NCBI GenBank assembly: GCA_002451465.1
Contig: DKCJ01000003.1
Span: 530 to 64,529, forward strand
Length of the DNA stretch: 64,000 nucleotides
Origin: Bacillales bacterium UBA6877
Lineage (GTDB): Bacteria; Bacillota_I; Bacilli_A; RFN20; CAG-826
Reading direction: 5' to 3'
In this document: positions 29,785-41,038 of the stretch, in pieces
Position numbering within the stretch: the first letter of the stretch is position 1
How the letters are laid out: each line of letters starts with the position of its first letter
Position numbers and translations under genes: made by a program
The notes under the pieces: model-generated
Databases searched by the model: none
The model's input: only the letters and a program-made list of their open reading frames with translations
What the model was told of the DNA's origin: nothing

Positions 29785-30353
29785 TATTTATTTGCTCCTG
29801 TAGATCTTCCATCATATTCACCATTATCTGTTCTAACTTGAACGCTTTCGCCTTCTTCGATAAATAATGGGACTCTAATTTTCCAACCTGTTTCGACAAT
29901 TGCATCTTTCATAGCTTTATTAACTGTATCACCACGTACTGCAGGTTCACAATGTGTAATAGTTAAATCTACTTTTGCAGGTAAATTGATACCTAAAATT
30001 TCATTTTCATATGATACAATCTCAACTTCTTGATTTGGTTTCAAGAAATGCATTTCCCATTCAAGTCTTTTTTTCTCAATATTGACTTGTTCAAATGTAG
30101 TTTGATCCATGAATACTAAAAAAGTTCCATCATCATACAAATAATTCATTTTTTTCTTATCAAGTCTAACAGTTTCAACTTGATATCCGCTATTAGCTGA
30201 CATTTCAGTAATAGCACCACTTCTTACATCTTTAACCTTAATCTTAGCAACCATTTTTCTCATTGCTGTTTTATTAAGTAAAATATCTATAACTAATAAT
30301 AATTTATTGTTATCAATAAAATAATTTCCTGGTCTTAATTCAGTTACGTTCAT
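29784..30353 (-). CDS. efp: Elongation factor P.
   Basis: MNVTELRPGNYF N-terminus, 189 aa, three OB/KOW-like domains. Confidence 0.9.
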   Translation of the reverse strand: MNVTELRPGNYFIDNNKLLLVIDILLNKTAMRKMVAKIKVKDVRSGAITEMSANSGYQVETVRLDKKKMNYLYDDGTFLVFMDQTTFEQVNIEKKRLEWEMHFLKPNQEVEIVSYENEILGINLPAKVDLTITHCEPAVRGDTVNKAMKDAIVETGWKIRVPLFIEEGESVQVRTDNGEYDGRSTGANK

Positions 30354-30369
30354 ATATATTCTCCTTATT

Positions 30370-31002
30370 TTATTTTAAATATCTGTTTTCTTCCAATTCT
30401 TTTCCTAAAGTTGAAATATCACCATGTCCTGGATAAATAACTAATTTTGGATTAAGTTTTTTAATCTTTTCTAGTGATGTTTTTTGCATTCTCTTATTAC
30501 TATGTGGGAGATCGCTTCTACCAATATCACCTTTAAATAAAGTGTCACCAGTAAATAAAGCATTTTCCTTTTCATATAAGAAACATACACTACCTAAAGT
30601 ATGAAATGGTGTTTCAATTACTTTAAATAAGAATTTATTTTTAAAATTAATTTCATCACCATCTTCTAATCTATAAGGCTCGATATTTATAATTCCATTT
30701 TCACCCATCATAGCCGAACAATTTAACCTTGAATTAATTAAACATTCGCTATCCAATTCATCGATAAATATGGTTGTATTAGGGTAATATTCAAGGAATT
30801 TAGTAATTCCTCTCATATGATCCCAATGCCCATGCGTTAATAAGATACCGCAACAACTTTTAAAATTCTCTTTTACATACTTAATGAGTTTGTTGTTTGT
30901 CGATCCTAAATCTATAACAACAAAATCACTACCATCACTTACAACATATGAATTTGCACTAAATTCATTATTATCGTCATCGTATCTAAAAGTTTTAATC
31001 AT
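30370..31002 (-). CDS. MBL-fold metallo-hydrolase.
   Basis: LLTHGHWDHMRG (HxHxDH) motif. 210 aa. Confidence 0.7.
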   Translation of the reverse strand: MIKTFRYDDDNNEFSANSYVVSDGSDFVVIDLGSTNNKLIKYVKENFKSCCGILLTHGHWDHMRGITKFLEYYPNTTIFIDELDSECLINSRLNCSAMMGENGIINIEPYRLEDGDEINFKNKFLFKVIETPFHTLGSVCFLYEKENALFTGDTLFKGDIGRSDLPHSNKRMQKTSLEKIKKLNPKLVIYPGHGDISTLGKELEENRYLK

Positions 31003-31009
31003 CTAAAAT

Positions 31010-31162
31010 TTACTTCTTTTCTTTATGTAATGTCATTTTCTTGCAACGTGGACAATATTTCTTCTTTTCAACTCTATCTGGATTATTTTTTTTGTTCTTG
31101 TTGTCAAGATAATTCTCTTCACCACAAACTGTACATTTTAATAAAAAACTATCTCTTGCCAT
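31010..31162 (-). CDS. rpmG: 50S ribosomal protein L33. It is not in the ORF track because it is under 60 aa.
   Basis: Manual minus-strand translation gives [50 protein letters not shown]. This carries the zinc-ribbon L33 signature. An RBS aaaggaag lies upstream. Confidence 0.85.
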   Translation of the reverse strand: MARDSFLLKCTVCGEENYLDNKNKKNNPDRVEKKKYCPRCKKMTLHKEKK

Positions 31163-31240
31163 AATAAAAACTTCCTTTCTTTATGCCATATGAATATATC
31201 ACAAAATTAGCAAAAAATCTATATAAAATACATATAATAA

Positions 31241-31248
31241 TGTATAAT
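31241..31248 (+). promoter_or_regulatory. Extended -10 element (TGtTATAAT) 10 nt upstream of the ispG ATG at 31258. Possibly a leaderless mRNA.
   Basis: tgtataat at 31241-31248. No Shine-Dalgarno sequence before 31258. Confidence 0.3.
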
Positions 31249-31257
31249 GTTGATTAC

Positions 31258-32301
31258 ATGTTTAAACGAAATCAAACTAAACTCATACGGAATAAATCAT
31301 TATCTTTTGGAGGAACTGAAGATGTACTCATTCAATCCATGTGTACTTTTAAAACTTCAAATATTAACGAAATAATAAAACAAATTAACCTCTGTGCTAA
31401 ACATGGAGCAAACCTTATGCGCGTAAGCATTCTAGATAAAGAAGACGCAAATGCAATTAAGGTTATTAAATCAAAAATAAAAATACCTTTAGTGGCCGAC
31501 ATACATTATGATTATAATCTTGCATTACTCGCAATGGACAGTGGAGTCGATAAAATAAGAATTAATCCAGGAAATTTAAATAATAAAAATGAAATAATAA
31601 AAATAATTGAAAAAGCTAAAGAAAAAGATGTAATTATAAGAATTGGTGTAAACCTAGGTTCTATAGAAACAAACACTAACGAGGAAGAAACTCATTTATT
31701 GGTTGAAAAAGCTTTAGAATACATTAAATTTTTTGAAGAAAATTCTTTTTATAAAATTATTGTTAGCCTAAAAAGTTCTGATCCAATAATAACAAAACAG
31801 GCAAATGAACTTTTTGCTTCACTATCAAACTATCCTTTACATATTGGCGTTACAGAGTCTGGTTACGATGAAATTGGAATAATTAGGTCTGTTGCCGGAC
31901 TTTCGCCACTACTCATAAATGGAATTGGAAACACTATTAGAATTTCTTTAACAAAAAATCCATTAAAAGAAATTGAAACCTGCAAACGTTTATTGCATGA
32001 TTTGAATTTATATAAAAATTATCCAACTATTATTTCTTGCCCAACATGCGGAAGATGTAAAGTTCAAAATACAAAAGAAATAGCAAAAAAAGTCTTTAAT
32101 TTTTGCATTAAAAATAAAAAATATATAAAAGTTGCTATTATGGGTTGTATTGTAAATGGCATCGGCGAAGGCAAAAATGCCGATATTGGAATTGCTGGCG
32201 CAAATGGCAAATTTATAATATTTAAAAAAGGTCAACAAATTAAAGTTGTTGACCAAGAAAATGTTTTAGATGAATTTTATAAAATAATCTTAGAATTCTA
32301 A
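31258..32301 (+). CDS. ispG: 4-hydroxy-3-methylbut-2-enyl diphosphate synthase IspG (GcpE).
   Basis: GIGNTIRISLT and CPTCGRC (Fe-S) motifs. The start is ambiguous: 31183 in the ORF track, 31240, or 31258. Confidence 0.8.
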   Translation: MFKRNQTKLIRNKSLSFGGTEDVLIQSMCTFKTSNINEIIKQINLCAKHGANLMRVSILDKEDANAIKVIKSKIKIPLVADIHYDYNLALLAMDSGVDKIRINPGNLNNKNEIIKIIEKAKEKDVIIRIGVNLGSIETNTNEEETHLLVEKALEYIKFFEENSFYKIIVSLKSSDPIITKQANELFASLSNYPLHIGVTESGYDEIGIIRSVAGLSPLLINGIGNTIRISLTKNPLKEIETCKRLLHDLNLYKNYPTIISCPTCGRCKVQNTKEIAKKVFNFCIKNKKYIKVAIMGCIVNGIGEGKNADIGIAGANGKFIIFKKGQQIKVVDQENVLDEFYKIILEF

Positions 32302-33179
32302 AAAAATTCTTCTTTTAATAAAGGATTAAATTTCTTAGATCTAATCATTTTTATTTCAGATTTATATGGTGCAAATCCATTTATAAATGGTGTTTCAAGT
32401 ATTTTAGGAATAGAAATTAACTTAGGTTCATAAACATATTGTAGCAATACATCAAAACCTATTGTTCCAAAGCCAATGTTTTCATGTCTATCTTTATGGG
32501 AATTAATTGGATTTTTACTATCATTTAAGTGTATAACAAGTAATTTTTTCAATCCAATTTTCTTGTCGAATTCATCCAAAATAAAATTTATATTTGATAA
32601 GTCATATCCTGAATCATTAACATGGCATGTGTCAAAACATACACCAAGTCTGTCACCAAAACGAGATTTATTAATTATTGAAGCTAACTCATCGAAATTT
32701 TTGCCTATTTCACTTCCTTTTCCAGACATAGTTTCTAAAGCTATCTTCACATTATTATTAGCTTTTTCAATTGCTTCATCAAGACCAGAAACTAAAGCAT
32801 TTAATGACTCATTGTAATCTAAGCCAAGAGTGGCGCCAGGATGTAATACCAATATATTTGCACCAAACGCTTCTGTTCTTTTTAACTCATTAATCAATAA
32901 ATTTACAGAAAATTCATGCTTTTTTGCATCAATATTAGCTAAATTAACAATATATGGAGCATGAACTACAATTTTATTTAAATTAATTTTATTTTTTAAA
33001 AGTAATTTTTTGCCTTCCTCAATATGGCATTTATCAAGAGGAACCCTAATCGAATTTTGAGGTGCACCAGTATAAAACATAAAGGTATTTTCACCATATT
33101 CAATAGCTTTAAGTGCTGTTTCTTCAAAATAATTAGGCGAACACATATTTATATGTGAGCCAATTAAAACATCATCCAT
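32298..33179 (-). CDS. nfo: Endonuclease IV (AP endonuclease, xylose-isomerase-like TIM barrel).
   Basis: HAPYIVNLAN, LVLHPGA, VCFDTCHVNDSGYD and VIHLNDSKN motifs. Confidence 0.85.
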   Translation of the reverse strand: MDDVLIGSHINMCSPNYFEETALKAIEYGENTFMFYTGAPQNSIRVPLDKCHIEEGKKLLLKNKINLNKIVVHAPYIVNLANIDAKKHEFSVNLLINELKRTEAFGANILVLHPGATLGLDYNESLNALVSGLDEAIEKANNNVKIALETMSGKGSEIGKNFDELASIINKSRFGDRLGVCFDTCHVNDSGYDLSNINFILDEFDKKIGLKKLLVIHLNDSKNPINSHKDRHENIGFGTIGFDVLLQYVYEPKLISIPKILETPFINGFAPYKSEIKMIRSKKFNPLLKEEFF

Positions 33180-34527
33180 TATTCTTTCCTTCTTTACGAT
33201 AACGTTCTGTCATCTGTCTACGAATATCCTTTTTAATAATCTCTCGTTTATGCTTTTGACGGACTTTTTTGACCGCTAATCGGACTTTCTTTTTGTATCC
33301 AGGTTTAACACCTTCACTTCTCGCTTCAAAAACAGCTTTTTTAATGTCTTTTTCTAAATCTTCGTTTAATTTTTTATGTTTCTTGGACTCTGTCTTAACA
33401 ATTGGTTTATCTTCTATTAAAGAATTGTCACCAAACTTTAAATATTTAAAATTAATACCGGCATCAAGTAATTTTTGGACTTTCTTTAAATGATCTGAAT
33501 CATAAAAAACATAAGAATTACCAGTTTTATAATTTCTACCACATCTACCAGCTCTATGATAATAATATTCTAAATTATTTGGCAAATCTATCGACAAAAC
33601 ATCACTTACATTTTCTATATCAAGTCCACGACTAGCAATATCAGTACAAACAATAATTTCAAATTCATCGTTTTTAATCCGTCTAAGCATTGATTTTCGT
33701 TCACGAGGTTGAAGTTCTCCACTCAATATTCCGCATTTAAATTTTTTAGAACATAAAAAATCATACAGATCACGTGTTTCGCTTTGAGAATTTGTGAAAA
33801 TCATCAGTAAATAACATTTTTTAAATTTAATAAATTTTTCAACACAAGTTTTTATATTTGCATGACGTGTATTTATTAAATAATGAGTTACTGTCGAAGA
33901 TGTTGGACATTTTTGATTTACAGTAAGAACATAATCAGCCGAGATATATTTCTTTAAAAATTGCTCAACACCTTTATTAATTGTTGCACTAAAAACTTCA
34001 ATTTGAGGTTCACCTGATTTTTTAATAATATCATCGATATCATCAATAAAATTTCCATCAATAAACATATCAGCTTCATCAAGAACTATAGTTTTTATAT
34101 CACAAATTTGTTCATTAAAAGCTTGTTTCAAATAGTTTAATCTACCAGGGGTTGCAACAATTATCTGACAACCATTTCTTATCGACTCTAAGTCTCTTTT
34201 TTGTTCTTCACCACTAATAAAAATTTTACAATTTAAAAAAGGAAGGTATTTTTTAAAATCCATAATAAAATCGTATGTTTGTTTGGCTAATTCTCTTGTT
34301 GGATCAATTATAAGAACCTGAATTTTATTATTAAAAACTAAATTATTTAAGATTGGTACTATAAAAGCATGCGATTTACCTGTCCCTGTCTCACTTTTTG
34401 CAATTATATTTTCATTTTTTAATGCTTTTGGAATAACTAAATCTTGTATTGGCGTAGCATTAATATAGCCTTGCTTATACAATGCTTCAACTATAACTGG
34501 TTTAAGATTAAACGAACTAAATTTCAT
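33172..34527 (-). CDS. DEAD-box ATP-dependent RNA helicase.
   Basis: TGTGKSHAF Walker A, DEAD, SAT, and a C-terminal basic tail. 451 aa. Confidence 0.85.
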   Translation of the reverse strand: MKFSSFNLKPVIVEALYKQGYINATPIQDLVIPKALKNENIIAKSETGTGKSHAFIVPILNNLVFNNKIQVLIIDPTRELAKQTYDFIMDFKKYLPFLNCKIFISGEEQKRDLESIRNGCQIIVATPGRLNYLKQAFNEQICDIKTIVLDEADMFIDGNFIDDIDDIIKKSGEPQIEVFSATINKGVEQFLKKYISADYVLTVNQKCPTSSTVTHYLINTRHANIKTCVEKFIKFKKCYLLMIFTNSQSETRDLYDFLCSKKFKCGILSGELQPRERKSMLRRIKNDEFEIIVCTDIASRGLDIENVSDVLSIDLPNNLEYYYHRAGRCGRNYKTGNSYVFYDSDHLKKVQKLLDAGINFKYLKFGDNSLIEDKPIVKTESKKHKKLNEDLEKDIKKAVFEARSEGVKPGYKKKVRLAVKKVRQKHKREIIKKDIRRQMTERYRKEGKNNG

Positions 34528-34569
34528 AACACATTCCTTACTATTTTCATACTAAATATACACTATTAA

Positions 34570-35718
34570 CTAACTTTGGTCAAAATGAATATATTTTGGA
34601 TCGATAGATAATTCTTTACAAAAAATTTTAAGTTTTTTAATTGATTTTACTTCAATTTGTCTAATACGTTCTCTAGTTACACCTAGAATTTGACCAACTT
34701 CTTCAAGAGTTTTTGATTTACCGTCATCAATTCCATACCTTAATCTTATAACTAAAGCTTCCCTTTTATTAAGTTTTCCAATAACTTTATCTAACAACTC
34801 TTTAATATCATTTTGATTAGCATATTGTACAGGAGAAATTGATTTTTTATCAGTAATAAAATCAATATTAGTACTTTCTTCACTATCACCTTTTGGAGCA
34901 TCAAGATAGGTTATATTTTTATTATAATTAGCATAAGTTAATGCTTCTCTGATTTTTTTAATACTAATCGAACTATCATTCATTTTGCTGAAAATCTCTT
35001 GTTCATTTGGTTCTCTTCCTAATTCTTGGAACAATTGATATTTAATTTTATTTATTTTACTAATTCGCTCACTAACATGAACTGGCGTACGAATCATACT
35101 TTTTTTATCAGCAATTGCTCTTGTTATAGCTTGTCTAATCCACCAAGTAGCATATGTAGAAAATTTATTTCCTTTAGAAGCATCAAATTTATAAACAGCC
35201 TTAATTAATCCAAGATTACCCTCCTGAATTAAATCAGACATATCTAAACCTCTATTTAAATAATGTTTTGCAACAGAAACACACAATCTTAAATTATGAT
35301 TAACTAATTTATTCACTGCATTTTTATCACCATTTTTAACCAACTCTGCAAGTTTTCTTTCTTCTTCCTGTGTTAATAATGAATATTGACCTATTTTTTT
35401 ATAATAACTTTTAACAATATCATTACTATATTTACTATCTAAATTATCGCATTTAACATCTTCATAATCACAATCTAATATTTTAAATCCATCAACTTTT
35501 ATCCTCGAAAGAATAAATTCGATATTATCTTCAGAAAGATCATATTTAAAAATTTCATCATAAAATTTATTTATATCAATATTTTTCGTATCTCTACATA
35601 AATTTTCTATTGATTCAATAATATGATTTAGAGTTGCAGTTTCATGAATAGACCTATCAATATTCAAATTAGTTTTGATTTTTATTTTTTTATTTAACAA
35701 AATACAATATACTCCCAC
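34570..35718 (-). CDS. Second sigma-70-family sigma factor. It is a paralog of the adjacent rpoD and lacks region 1.1.
   Basis: Regions 2-4 are nearly identical to rpoD ([28 protein letters not shown]). The N-terminal segment [31 protein letters not shown] parallels rpo[35 protein letters not shown] start. Confidence 0.8.
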   Translation of the reverse strand: MGVYCILLNKKIKIKTNLNIDRSIHETATLNHIIESIENLCRDTKNIDINKFYDEIFKYDLSEDNIEFILSRIKVDGFKILDCDYEDVKCDNLDSKYSNDIVKSYYKKIGQYSLLTQEEERKLAELVKNGDKNAVNKLVNHNLRLCVSVAKHYLNRGLDMSDLIQEGNLGLIKAVYKFDASKGNKFSTYATWWIRQAITRAIADKKSMIRTPVHVSERISKINKIKYQLFQELGREPNEQEIFSKMNDSSISIKKIREALTYANYNKNITYLDAPKGDSEESTNIDFITDKKSISPVQYANQNDIKELLDKVIGKLNKREALVIRLRYGIDDGKSKTLEEVGQILGVTRERIRQIEVKSIKKLKIFCKELSIDPKYIHFDQS

Positions 35719-35835
35719 CCGTAATTATATAAGCAATTAAATTATACTCTTTAATGTAATTAAAATTTTCTTGCTGAACAAATTATTCATTTTAAATTTA
35801 TTGTTCACACTAAAATTAGAACAACAAAAAATGTT

Positions 35836-36492
35836 TTAAAATAATTTTGCAATTAACTTACAATCTTCAGTAAGTTTACTAACTTTCTTGTTATCATTAA
35901 TTTTTGTGATTATTTTTTTATTATTTTCGTATTTATTTTGCCATTTTTCGAGAAATATTTGAGATTTTTCTTTCATTAATAATGGTCCAAAATGTAGTTC
36001 CATCTCATTATAATTAGAATTTCCTCTTACAAAACGTATTATCTCGTAAAAAATTCCCTTTTCTTTCAAAATTAACTCACTATCTATCATATAACCAAGT
36101 TTTGTAAATAATTTCCTTATTTCATACTCTTTAGTATGTGAATCAATAATAAAAGATTTAATATGACCTATTTTTTCTAATGAATCATCAACGATTTTTT
36201 TAATAGAATCATATCCCATACCAGCAATAACAACCGTATCATAAGTTTCATCAACATCCTTAAGACCATCAGATAATGAATATTTTATTGAATCTAAATA
36301 ACCTTTACTTTTCAAATTATTTCTAAAAGAAGTTAATGGTCCAATTTTATTTTCAACACCTAACAATTTTCCAGCAAATCCACTATCTTTTAAATATATA
36401 AGTAAATAACCATGATCACAACCTATATCGGCAACATTGCTATCTTTTGGAATTAAAAGAGCTATTTTTTTTAATCTTTCACTAAGCATCAT
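35836..36492 (-). CDS. trmK: tRNA (adenine22-N1)-methyltransferase TrmK (YqfN-like).
   Basis: SAM-MTase N-terminus IADIGCDHGYLLIYL. It is positioned directly after rpoD, as yqfN is in B. subtilis. Confidence 0.6.
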   Translation of the reverse strand: MMLSERLKKIALLIPKDSNVADIGCDHGYLLIYLKDSGFAGKLLGVENKIGPLTSFRNNLKSKGYLDSIKYSLSDGLKDVDETYDTVVIAGMGYDSIKKIVDDSLEKIGHIKSFIIDSHTKEYEIRKLFTKLGYMIDSELILKEKGIFYEIIRFVRGNSNYNEMELHFGPLLMKEKSQIFLEKWQNKYENNKKIITKINDNKKVSKLTEDCKLIAKLF

Positions 36493-36493
36493 A

Positions 36494-37723
36494 TTAATTT
36501 CGATATTCTTGATCGAGATTTTTCTGTTTACATGGATTTTTTAATTTTCTAATAGCTTTAGCCTCAATTTGTCTAATACGTTCTCTTGTAACACCAAACA
36601 CTTTACCAACTTCTTCAAGTGTTAAAGGTTTATTATCATCAAGACCATATCTCAACCTTAAAACACGTTCCTCACGTTCATTAAGAGTAGACATTGCACT
36701 ATTCAACAAATCTTTAATCATTTCTCTAGAAGTATATTCTGTTGGCGATAAAGTTTCCTTATCTTCAACAAAATCACCCAAATGACTATCATCTTCTTCG
36801 CCAATTGGAGATTCTAATGAAACAGGCTCAAGAGCAATTCTTTGTATATCACGGATCTTTGCAGGCGAAATTGCCCCATCAAGTTTTTTACTAATTTCTT
36901 CGGCTGTAGGCTCTCTTCCTACTTCTTGTACAAGTTGACGTTGAGCACGTGTAATCTTATTAATAGTTTCAACCATATGAACAGGAATTCTTATAGTTCT
37001 AGCTTGATCTGCGATAGCTCTTGTAATAGCTTGACGAATCCACCATGTAGCATAAGTAGAAAATTTAAAACCTTTAGATACATCGAATTTATCAACAGCT
37101 TTCATCAATCCTAAGTTTCCTTCTTCAATTAAATCTAAAAGTTGCATGCCTCTTCCGATATAATGTTTAGCAATGGAAACTACAAGTCTTAAATTTGAGC
37201 TAATAAGCTTATTTTTAGCCTTTACGTCACCATGTTCTACCCTAATAGCAAGTTCTTTTTCTTCATCAGGTTTTAATAATGGTACTCTGCCAATATCTTT
37301 TAAATACAACTTAACAGAATCATTAGTTTTAACATCGCTAGTAAAGTTATATTGCTCTACATCGTAATTAGCAACTTCTTTTTCAGATTCATCTATTTGA
37401 TTATCATCATCAGGATAAACATCATCGTCGTAATTAGAATTGTTAATATCCTCTAAATCTGGTTCTTTGAAATCTTCTTCAGCTTCATCTTCATCAGCAT
37501 TAGAAATTTCATAACCATCTTTTTTAAATTGTTCAAAAATATAATCAATATTATCATCACTTAAATCATATTTATTTACATAATTATAAAAATCATCTTC
37601 ATCGATTGTTTTATTAGAACCTTTCTTTTTTTCATATGATTTAATAATTGATTGTAAAGCTTTATTTTCATCATCATTTTCATCAACTAAACTATCAACA
37701 ACATTCACTTTTTTCTTCTCCAT
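36494..37723 (-). CDS. rpoD: RNA polymerase primary sigma factor.
   Basis: Acidic region 1.1, then regions 1.2-4.2 ([62 protein letters not shown]). It follows dnaG. Confidence 0.9.
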   Translation of the reverse strand: MEKKKVNVVDSLVDENDDENKALQSIIKSYEKKKGSNKTIDEDDFYNYVNKYDLSDDNIDYIFEQFKKDGYEISNADEDEAEEDFKEPDLEDINNSNYDDDVYPDDDNQIDESEKEVANYDVEQYNFTSDVKTNDSVKLYLKDIGRVPLLKPDEEKELAIRVEHGDVKAKNKLISSNLRLVVSIAKHYIGRGMQLLDLIEEGNLGLMKAVDKFDVSKGFKFSTYATWWIRQAITRAIADQARTIRIPVHMVETINKITRAQRQLVQEVGREPTAEEISKKLDGAISPAKIRDIQRIALEPVSLESPIGEEDDSHLGDFVEDKETLSPTEYTSREMIKDLLNSAMSTLNEREERVLRLRYGLDDNKPLTLEEVGKVFGVTRERIRQIEAKAIRKLKNPCKQKNLDQEYRN

Positions 37724-37725
37724 AA

Positions 37726-39585
37726 TTATTTCCCTCTTTCTTTTTCTTTTAATAGCGCCTTTTTTTGTTCAAGTAAAGCTAAGGCTTCTTTTGCCTTATC
37801 AATATTTGATTTTCCAATGGTGCTTTGCACATAAACTTCATTAATTCTTCTTAACTCCTTTTCTTCATTAATGACCTTAACACAATCATTAAATGCTTTA
37901 TGGGAGTAAGGAGGAATTACAAAATTATCCATCGATATAGATGAAATATTATTAATAATATTCTCCTTTTCTTTTTCTCCGATCTCCTTTTTATAATAAT
38001 TAATATAATTTATGATACTAGAAGATGAATATTTAGTATCTTTAAAAGAAGAATTTAAATATTCTTCTAGCAAAGCAGCAATTTCGCGGTAAGTATCATT
38101 AACGAAATATCCTAATTTTTCATTATAGAGTTTTACCGCATCTTCGTTTTCAAGCATATAACGTATAATTTGTCGTTCACCTAACTCAAGTCTAGTTAAA
38201 ACTGGATTCTTTTTCTTAAATGTAATAGATTCACTCTTATTATTGTCATTATTTTGTTTAGATTTAAATGACTTTATTTGTGAATAAATAATTTCAAGAG
38301 AGAAGCCACTAATTTTAGACAATTTATTTGCATAAAGTTCAAGATCAACTTTATCAGTAATACTAGCCAAGAATGGTATATATTCTTTTAAAATAGTCTT
38401 TTTATCTATCAAAGAATTCATATCCAATTTTTTCGAATAAAAATTTAATATAAATTCACCTTCACTAATTAAGGTCGAAACGTATTTTTTTAAGTTTTCT
38501 GGTCCTTCATTTTTTAAAATTTCATCACTATCTTTACCATTAAAATTTTGATTATTAGAAACAAAAACATAATTTAGTTCATTTTCCTTCAATAATTTAG
38601 CAATTTTCACCATGGCATCTTGACCAGGTTGGTCATTATCTAAACAAAGTCTAATTTCAACACCTAAAAATCGCAAAAGTCTTATATGTTCTTTAGTAAG
38701 TGCTGTACCCATTAAAGCGACTACATTATGAATTCCAATTCGGTCAAGAGCAATAGCATCCATAAAACCTTCAACAACATATATGTATTTTTCTCTTTTA
38801 GCAAAATCTTTGGCATTAAAATAGTTATATAAAATGTTAGATTTATGAAAAACACCTCCAACACTTTCTGGTGAATTAACATATTTTGGCTTACTTTTGT
38901 CATTTGTTAATTCGCGAGCACTAAAACCAACTATCTGTCCATCTTCGTTTGAAATTGAGAAAATTACCCTACCACAATTAGAATCAGTTATTGTTCCATT
39001 ATTGATTGTACCAATTCCGGTTTTTTCAATTGTTTTTAAAGAAAAGCCATTTTTAGATAAAAATTCAGTTGTTTTGCTACCATTTTTAATCGAATATCCA
39101 ATCTTGAATTTATTTATGACATCATCATTAAGACCTCGATCATGTAAATATAATAATGCAGTGTTTCGCCCCTCATCGGTATTAAAAAGGTAAACACTAT
39201 ATAATTTATTTATTTCTGATAAACAATCATAAACTTTAGCAAATTCTGGATTTATTTTATTTGTTGATGTTTTTTCTAAAGAATCTAGTCTAACATCAGT
39301 GATACCACCAATCTGTGCAACAATTTTTATTGCTTCCAAAAAGGAACATTGCTTATATTTTTTAACAAAAGTAATGGCATTACCACCAGCACCACAAACA
39401 AAACACTTAAAAATTTGTTTTTCTCTAGAGATTGACATCGATGGATTAGTGTCATTATGAAATGGGCACAATGCCACATAGTTTCTTCCTTTTTTCGAAA
39501 CTTTAATAAAACTCGAAATTACATCGACTATATCAACTCTTTTTAAAATATCATTTGCAATATCAATAATTTGTTCACTCATCAT
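37726..39585 (-). CDS. dnaG: DNA primase.
   Basis: Zinc-binding [14 protein letters not shown] and a TOPRIM domain (EGFMD). 619 aa. Confidence 0.9.
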   Translation of the reverse strand: MMSEQIIDIANDILKRVDIVDVISSFIKVSKKGRNYVALCPFHNDTNPSMSISREKQIFKCFVCGAGGNAITFVKKYKQCSFLEAIKIVAQIGGITDVRLDSLEKTSTNKINPEFAKVYDCLSEINKLYSVYLFNTDEGRNTALLYLHDRGLNDDVINKFKIGYSIKNGSKTTEFLSKNGFSLKTIEKTGIGTINNGTITDSNCGRVIFSISNEDGQIVGFSARELTNDKSKPKYVNSPESVGGVFHKSNILYNYFNAKDFAKREKYIYVVEGFMDAIALDRIGIHNVVALMGTALTKEHIRLLRFLGVEIRLCLDNDQPGQDAMVKIAKLLKENELNYVFVSNNQNFNGKDSDEILKNEGPENLKKYVSTLISEGEFILNFYSKKLDMNSLIDKKTILKEYIPFLASITDKVDLELYANKLSKISGFSLEIIYSQIKSFKSKQNNDNNKSESITFKKKNPVLTRLELGERQIIRYMLENEDAVKLYNEKLGYFVNDTYREIAALLEEYLNSSFKDTKYSSSSIINYINYYKKEIGEKEKENIINNISSISMDNFVIPPYSHKAFNDCVKVINEEKELRRINEVYVQSTIGKSNIDKAKEALALLEQKKALLKEKERGK

Positions 39586-40961
39586 TTATAGAACGTTTTG
39601 TTAACTAAATAATCTTTTAAATCAGAGATTTTGATTCTTTCTTGTTCCATTGAATCACGATCTCTTACAGTTACACAACCATCATTTAAACTATCAAAAT
39701 CATATGTTACACAATATGGTGTTCCTATTTCATCATTTCGTCTATAACGTTTTCCAATAGAACCGGTAACATCCATTACAACATTAATATATGGTATTAA
39801 TGATTTAAATAATTTTTCAGCTTCATCATTTAATTGCTTAGATAAAGGCAAAATTGCCGCCTTATATGGAGCTAAAAATGGAGCTAAATGCATAACTTTT
39901 CTAACTTCTCCATTTTTCAATGTTTCCTCATCATAAGAATCTGTAACTACCATCAAAAATAATCTATCCAAACCCAATGAAGGTTCTATGCAATAAGGAA
40001 TATACTTCTCATTTGTTTCAGGATCAAGATATGATAAATCAGCTTTAGAATATTCTTGATGTCTTTTTAAATCATAATCCGTTCTATCAGCGATTCCCCA
40101 AATTTCTCCCCAACCAAATGGAAATTTATATTCAATATCTGTCGTTCCCTTCGAATAAAATGCAAGTTCGGCAGGTTCATGATCTCTAAATCTCAATTTT
40201 TGTTCATTTATGCCTAAAGATTTAACGAAGTTAATAGAATATTCTTTCCAATATTTAAACCACTCTAAGTCAGTTCCCGGTTTGCAAAAGAATTCACACT
40301 CCATTTGTTCAAATTCTCGCATTCTGAAGGTAAAATTCCCAGGAGTAATTTCATTTCTAAAAGATTTTCCAACATTACAAATTCCAAGAGGTAATTTATG
40401 TCTGGTGGCTCTTTGTACATTTTTAAAATTAACAAACACACCCTGAGCAGTTTCAGGTCTCAAATAAACTTCACTACTAGAATCCTCAGTGACACCAATA
40501 TGAGTCTTAAACATCATATTAAATTGCCTAATATCAGTAAAATTACTCTTTCCACAATCAGGACATTTAACTTTATGAGTTTTAATAAATTCATTCATTT
40601 GTGCTTGGGTCATTCCATTAACATCAACATCTGGGAATTGACTTTCTATAAGTTGGTCAGCTCTATATCTACCATGACACTCTTTGCAATCAATCAAAGG
40701 ATCATTAAAAGTAGAAACATGACCAGTTGCTTTCCAAACATTTGGATTCATTAAAATTGCAGCATCAATACCAACATTTGTTGGTGACTCATGAACAAAT
40801 TTTTTCCACCAAAGCTCTTTTAGGTTATTTTTAAGTTCACTTCCTAAAGGTCCATAGTCCCATGTATTAGATAATCCACCATAAATTTGTGAACCTTGAA
40901 ATACAAAACCTGTGCTTTGTAAGTGAGTAACTATGGTTTCAAATTTTATTTCGTCTTCCAT
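39582..40961 (-). CDS. glyQS: Glycyl-tRNA synthetase (dimeric class II, GlyQS type).
   Basis: [41 protein letters not shown]-terminus. 459 aa. Confidence 0.9.
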   Translation of the reverse strand: MEDEIKFETIVTHLQSTGFVFQGSQIYGGLSNTWDYGPLGSELKNNLKELWWKKFVHESPTNVGIDAAILMNPNVWKATGHVSTFNDPLIDCKECHGRYRADQLIESQFPDVDVNGMTQAQMNEFIKTHKVKCPDCGKSNFTDIRQFNMMFKTHIGVTEDSSSEVYLRPETAQGVFVNFKNVQRATRHKLPLGICNVGKSFRNEITPGNFTFRMREFEQMECEFFCKPGTDLEWFKYWKEYSINFVKSLGINEQKLRFRDHEPAELAFYSKGTTDIEYKFPFGWGEIWGIADRTDYDLKRHQEYSKADLSYLDPETNEKYIPYCIEPSLGLDRLFLMVVTDSYDEETLKNGEVRKVMHLAPFLAPYKAAILPLSKQLNDEAEKLFKSLIPYINVVMDVTGSIGKRYRRNDEIGTPYCVTYDFDSLNDGCVTVRDRDSMEQERIKISDLKDYLVNKTFYK

Positions 40962-40992
40962 TTAAAAAATAACTCCTTTTTGAACGTTGATT

Positions 40993-41021
40993 ATTATAAA
41001 GATATACAATATGCCTGTCAA
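40993..41021 (-). promoter_or_regulatory. Consensus sigma-A promoter for glyQS. TTGACA, 17-nt spacer, TATAAT, read on the minus strand.
   Basis: Minus-strand sequence ttgacaggcatattgtatatctttataat lies about 30 nt upstream of the glyQS ATG. Confidence 0.5.
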
Positions 41022-41038
41022 CACACTATGAGTGTAAT

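Noticed and set aside
34528-34569. CRISPR arrays or transposase or IS elements anywhere in the window.
   Set aside because: No regularly spaced direct repeats of 24-40 nt were seen. No transposase or DDE or HTH integrase ORFs were seen, other than the XerC/D-type recombinase.
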